Position numbers and translations under genes: made by a program. Positions 15,973 through 20,000 of a stretch of DNA of 20,000 nt are shown here, piece by piece. Each line of letters starts with the position of its first letter. Position 1 is the stretch's first letter. Source of the DNA: an uncultured virus (IMG/VR IMGVR_UViG_3300022187_000001). Taxonomy: Duplodnaviria > Heunggongvirae > Uroviricota > Caudoviricetes > Crassvirales. The stretch lies in the IMG/VR virus record IMGVR_UViG_3300022187_000001. One strand, 5' to 3'. The notes below the pieces were generated by a model that did not search any database, was not told the DNA's origin, and saw nothing but the letters and a program-made list of their open reading frames with translations.

Positions 15973-18125
15973 TACGCAAGTTCAATGTAGTCAGCTGATG
16001 GATTAAAGTGCACCAATCCTGAACCAATGTATTGCCCTAACACCCTAACGCAATCGTTCTGGACAAATGAAGAAACATCATTTGTCATTTGCTCAGCGTT
16101 AACGTCTAAGTATAAAACATCTCCAGCTGTCCAGCCAGCAGTGTTGTAAGCGCTTGTTGTTATAAACCCCTGGGTAATCAACCCATCCGTTCCTGAGTTA
16201 GTTCCTAGATTCAACCCGAGAGTTCCTTTTGTAGTGGACGCCGCTGATGCATCGGCTGCAGACCATCCGCTAGATGTGTAGACATAAACTTTTCCAACAG
16301 TACTAGACAAAGTAGAAGACCCATACTTCATTATGAGACCCTCATAAACTCCGTTTGTTAAGGCTACATCTGATAGCTCTATTTCAAGAACTTCCCCTGC
16401 TAAGCCCGCTGCTGGACCCGTTGGCCCTGTCGCTCCTGTAGCCCCCACTATTCCAGGGGCTAGTTTTTCAACCTCAAAGATTGCCTCAACAGCAAAGCAA
16501 GATCCATTTACAGTAGATGTATCGTGAGCACATACCTGTATCTCATCGCCAGCACTAAGGGCTATAACTCTAGTAATGTTACAAGCATTTTCGTTCTGCC
16601 CGTTTGTCGCACGAATGTATCCATACGCCTCACCAATAATCCTAACTTGATTAATGTTAAATGAAACTGAGGGGGTAACACGCGCAGATGACGACGTAAA
16701 TGTTATAGCTGCTGACATCCTATAGTGACCAGCGCTTGCTACAGTAATCTTATTGTCTGTTACCGTGTCGCTTGTTAGCTCTGTACCCTCGTTGTCTTCT
16801 TCCACGTCAAACTTAGCCACCACATAAGTCGTGCTGTTAAAGTCCTGAGCACTAGCGCCTCCATTAAGGACGGTGCTACTCATCCTAAGACGGGCGTAGT
16901 TTAGTATTGTTCCTGATGGGCCAGTAGGTCCCGTCGGACCAGTAACCCCAGCACCTGTCGGACCAGTCGGACCAGTCGGACCAGTCGGACCTGCTACAGT
17001 AGAGTCTGCACCAGCGGCACCCGTAGGGCCCGTAGGGCCAGTAGCCCCTGTGGATCCATCGACACCATTGGTGCCATTTGTACCTGCAGCACCCGTCGGA
17101 CCCGTGGGTCCCGTGGCTCCCGTGGCTCCGTCGGTACCATTGGTGCCGTTCGTACCTGCAGCACCAGTCGGACCTGTAGCACCCGTAGGGCCTGTAGCTC
17201 CATCAGTACCGTTTGTTCCATTGGATCCCGCAGCCCCAGTAGGTCCAGTCGGGCCTGTTGGGCCTGTAGCTCCGTCTACTCCATTAGTGCCATTCGTGCC
17301 TGCGGCACCTGTCGGACCAGTCGGACCCGTGGCTCCCGTGGCTCCGTCAGTGCCGTTTGTTCCGTTTGTTCCAGCAGCCCCCGTTGGACCAGTTGGTCCC
17401 GTAGCGCCTGTAACACCATTAGTGCCGTTTGTGCCAGATGCACCAGTAGGACCTGTGGGGCCAGTCACTCCATCAGCTCCGTCAACACCGTTTGTTCCAT
17501 TAGTGCCAGCCGCGCCCGTAGCGCCTGTAGCGCCAGTAGGGCCTGTTGGACCTGCAACCGTAGAATCAGCTCCAGCCGCACCTGTAGCGCCTGTGGGGCC
17601 TGTAGGGCCTGTCGGTCCAGTGGCTCCGTCGGTACCGTTCGTGCCTGCAGCACCTGTCGGTCCAGTGGGTCCAGTGGGGCCAGTTGGGCCTGTGACTCCG
17701 TCCTCGCCATTGGTCCCGTTTGTGCCTGCGGCTCCCGTGGGGCCCGTCGGACCTGTTTGGCCAGTGGGACCAGTAGCTCCATCCGTACCGTTCGTGCCTG
17801 CTGCACCCGTAGCGCCTGTAGGGCCTGTGGAGCCCGTGGGACCCGTGGGACCCGTGGGGCCTGCAACCGTAGAATCAGCTCCAGTAGCCCCCGTGGGTCC
17901 AGTGGGGCCCGTCGGACCAGTAGCACCAGTCGCACCAACACCTGTGGCACCTGTGGCACCAGTAGGACCAGTGACTCCTGTGGATCCTCTTTGACCAGAA
18001 AACCCACTGGAAATTATCTCTAAGTCGTTTTCAGGACTAGATGAAGAAACATTAACTCTGTTTGATCCAGAAGAAGTTATATTTACATTTAATGTAGATG
18101 GAGAGGTAACGTTTATAGAAGACAT
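15972..18125 (-). CDS. Collagen-like fibre protein (717 aa): about 365-aa G-X-Y stalk, C1q/BclA-CTD-like domain, short second collagen segment, C-terminal beta domain
   Basis: G-X-Y triplets ([12 protein letters not shown]) from residue 41; then a C1q/TNF-like pattern ([18 protein letters not shown]...[12 protein letters not shown]); [16 protein letters not shown]-terminal GWSAADAS...GDVLYLD...VRVLGQ domain. Confidence 0.85.
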   Translation of the reverse strand: MSSINVTSPSTLNVNITSSGSNRVNVSSSSPENDLEIISSGFSGQRGSTGVTGPTGATGATGVGATGATGPTGPTGPTGATGADSTVAGPTGPTGPTGSTGPTGATGAAGTNGTDGATGPTGQTGPTGPTGAAGTNGTNGEDGVTGPTGPTGPTGPTGAAGTNGTDGATGPTGPTGPTGATGAAGADSTVAGPTGPTGATGATGAAGTNGTNGVDGADGVTGPTGPTGASGTNGTNGVTGATGPTGPTGAAGTNGTNGTDGATGATGPTGPTGAAGTNGTNGVDGATGPTGPTGPTGAAGSNGTNGTDGATGPTGATGPTGAAGTNGTNGTDGATGATGPTGPTGAAGTNGTNGVDGSTGATGPTGPTGAAGADSTVAGPTGPTGPTGPTGAGVTGPTGPTGPSGTILNYARLRMSSTVLNGGASAQDFNSTTYVVAKFDVEEDNEGTELTSDTVTDNKITVASAGHYRMSAAITFTSSSARVTPSVSFNINQVRIIGEAYGYIRATNGQNENACNITRVIALSAGDEIQVCAHDTSTVNGSCFAVEAIFEVEKLAPGIVGATGATGPTGPAAGLAGEVLEIELSDVALTNGVYEGLIMKYGSSTLSSTVGKVYVYTSSGWSAADASAASTTKGTLGLNLGTNSGTDGLITQGFITTSAYNTAGWTAGDVLYLDVNAEQMTNDVSSFVQNDCVRVLGQYIGSGLVHFNPSADYIELA
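16911..18005 (-). repeat. GC-rich tandem G-X-Y codon repeat with higher-order units
   Basis: Recurrent unit [16 protein letters not shown](T/V)DGAT; exact 25-bp direct repeat CCTGCAACCGTAGAATCAGCTCCAG at 17551-17575 and 17860-17884, with a synonymously diverged third copy at 16990-17014. Confidence 0.9.
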
Positions 18126-18136
18126 CGCAATAATTA

Positions 18137-18625
18137 TCAGTTACCAACCTCAGATATATCGTCGTTTACAGTAAAGTTTCCTTGAAGTATAGTCTTCTGT
18201 TCTCCAGATAGATTACTGCTTCTTTGAATGTCATACACGTATCTTCCAGATACAACATCTGACATTAGGTTAGCGTCAACTGATATGGAAAGTACACCGT
18301 AAGTTGCCGAGCTTACAACATTAGAACCTCTATCAAGGCTTATCGGGATTACGCCAGGCGTCAAAGTAATACCTTTAAGAGGAAGAGCTGGATTATCAGG
18401 TCCGCTATCTACAGAAACTTGCTCTGGATTAGTAGAAAGAAGCAGACCAGTTAGACCTTCTTGATTAGCCTTTCCTCTGACCTGCATAGAGAACTTATCT
18501 AAAGTCAAATCCTCTTTTGATGTATTTTCTGAGTTAGATATAGTTATCTGAAACCTAAAGGTGTCACCTTTTCGGCAAGTAATATCAAGCCTTTCTGATA
18601 CGTCAAGGTTTATTTTATTCGCCAT
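18137..18625 (-). CDS. Beta-sandwich fibre adaptor protein (BppU-N-like), 162 aa
   Basis: Pattern [11 protein letters not shown]...DLT...MQVR...GRYVYDIQ...[10 protein letters not shown] recalled from phage adaptor genes that precede collagen/tail fibres; overlaps the portal stop. Confidence 0.6.
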   Translation of the reverse strand: MANKINLDVSERLDITCRKGDTFRFQITISNSENTSKEDLTLDKFSMQVRGKANQEGLTGLLLSTNPEQVSVDSGPDNPALPLKGITLTPGVIPISLDRGSNVVSSATYGVLSISVDANLMSDVVSGRYVYDIQRSSNLSGEQKTILQGNFTVNDDISEVGN

Positions 18626-20000
18626 ATTCCATAATGTTTTCTGTTTCCGATCCCTCTTTCTTTTCCATCATTTCTTGCTGATTGTCAGATTGCTTGTCTA
18701 TTCTACGATCCTTCCCTTCTTCTTTAAGGACTTCCAGCTTTTGTCTAAACTCTTGATCATCCTCCTTAAATCCAAGAGTGGCTTGAGCTTTTATAGTCTC
18801 AATTTCTTTTCTAAACTCATGCTTAACAGTTTCAAGTTGAATCTCAAGCTGATTTTTTAGCTGCAACTCCTGAGCTGTAAGCTGAGAATCAAGCTGCATT
18901 TCTTGAGCTTTCATTTGAGATTGAGCTTGAGTCGCCTCTATTTGGGCCTGAGATTGAGCTTGAATATTTTGCTGAGCTATCTGCTGATTTCTAGCCATTC
19001 TCTTTTTTCTCCTAAGAATTAAAAGCCTTTCTGCCTGGTTTATGTCTTTCATTGACCTAATAGACATGGCGTCTTCAATATCTAATTCTTTTTGAGACAA
19101 AGAGATTTGTATGTTTTGCTCCAAGTATGCTTTCTCTGTATCCTCCATCTCTTTTTGAACCGTAACTCCAAAATTGTACATGGGCAGCATACTGAAAGAG
19201 CTAAGAATTTCTACATTCTTTTTTCCAATAGCGTTCTTGTAAAGATTTGAAACAACAGAGTCTTCTGGGAGTATTTGAAGACACTTAACTATGTCTGAGC
19301 AAACCTTTTTATAAAGTATAGATGCCGCGTTAGTTATGTCATATATGGCATTATTTGCAGCTGCTAGTGCTTGCTCACGAACGCCAACTAGAGCTTCACT
19401 CTTAGGAGAAGATGAGTCCATAACCTCATTTATACCAGTGGCATCACGAATCATGCGAAGATAATGATTATACAGCCCAATAAGCTCGTTAATGTTTCTG
19501 ATGCTATTTCCAATCTCTCGAACTGGCGGGTTTTGGAATCCGCCCTCAGGATTTTTACTTCTATAATAGAAGACACCTGTTTGTTCGTAAATGTCATGAA
19601 GATCAAGAGGTTCCAACTCACCACCCTTTCCAAGCTGAACATTTTCTAAGCCCTCAATATCAATTATGAGACCATCAGGCTTTGCCTTAGCTATAGATTG
19701 TTGTATTTTAAGGTGGGTCAGTTGCAACATATCTGCAAAGCCTACACACCCGTCAACCATTGATTTAGGAATCATATTCCTGATGTTTGTTGCAACAGGA
19801 GAAAATGAAAGGTTGGTTTTGCTTATATCGTGTACATTTCTTGGCATATTGGTCTTTAGACCATAATCAAATATGTAGTCAGACCCCATGATATAGGTCC
19901 CGCTATACACATTCATTATCTCCATTTTGTGTGGAGTCCTAGAAAACACACTGTTTGTCTTTTCTTTATAGCTACTTCCTTTGTCGTAGAAGTTTGTGTT
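18615..20000 (-). CDS. Portal protein, 5'-truncated (frame open to the window edge)
   Basis: Frame stays open from 19949 to 20000 (NTNFYDKGSSYKEKTNSVFSRTPHK). PDGLIIDIEGL, IYEQTG, IRDATGINEVMD and a long Gln-rich C-terminal coiled coil (barrel as in P22-type portals); synteny with scaffold and capsid genes. Confidence 0.8.
   Translation of the reverse strand, partial: NTNFYDKGSSYKEKTNSVFSRTPHKMEIMNVYSGTYIMGSDYIFDYGLKTNMPRNVHDISKTNLSFSPVATNIRNMIPKSMVDGCVGFADMLQLTHLKIQQSIAKAKPDGLIIDIEGLENVQLGKGGELEPLDLHDIYEQTGVFYYRSKNPEGGFQNPPVREIGNSIRNINELIGLYNHYLRMIRDATGINEVMDSSSPKSEALVGVREQALAAANNAIYDITNAASILYKKVCSDIVKCLQILPEDSVVSNLYKNAIGKKNVEILSSFSMLPMYNFGVTVQKEMEDTEKAYLEQNIQISLSQKELDIEDAMSIRSMKDINQAERLLILRRKKRMARNQQIAQQNIQAQSQAQIEATQAQSQMKAQEMQLDSQLTAQELQLKNQLEIQLETVKHEFRKEIETIKAQATLGFKEDDQEFRQKLEVLKEEGKDRRIDKQSDNQQEMMEKKEGSETENIMEYGE

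Noticed and set aside
16911..18005. High-GC repetitive island as a possible CRISPR array, DGR repeat pair or foreign insertion
   Set aside because: Repeats are 9-nt codon-periodic with synonymous variation, have no unique spacers and no adenine-specific mismatches; GC is explained by Gly/Pro/Ala/Thr codons; no reverse transcriptase or cas gene is visible.
17050..18023. Pro/Val-rich 314-aa plus-strand ORF and alternative-frame ORFs over the collagen region
   Set aside because: Shadows of the GC-rich G-X-Y repeat, which lacks stops in several frames.

Overview
The window is the virion-morphogenesis module of a dsDNA tailed phage, most likely an environmental Bacteroidota-infecting podovirus of crAss-like type (Crassvirales or related marine flavobacterial phages). 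All real genes lie on the minus strand, tightly packed with TAATG/ATGA/GTGA overlaps. Transcription order (right to left): portal (5'-truncated); beta-sandwich adaptor; collagen/C1q-like fibre; RCC1-like propeller protein; small acidic protein; cluster of small, very basic proteins plus one small membrane protein; 135-aa virion-like protein; possible 21-aa micro-ORF; acidic scaffold-like protein; major capsid protein; three capsid-decoration-like genes (one with a LamG-like domain); conserved 270-aa protein; two tail ring proteins; and a >1,900-aa tail stabilisation (muzzle-like) protein that runs off the left edge and is missing from the ORF track. Three TATATTTGC boxes (Bacteroidota TAnnTTTG -7 element) and A-rich start regions without Shine-Dalgarno sequences point to a Bacteroidota host. 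Most interesting: (i) small basic proteins sharing a Lys-rich K-x-G-G terminal motif, (ii) a four-gene modular fibre cassette, (iii) a coupled micro-ORF running through a hairpin just upstream of the scaffold/capsid genes, (iv) a large insertion with an EF-hand/dockerin-like loop in the muzzle protein. Product calls rest on motif recognition and synteny only; no database searches were run.
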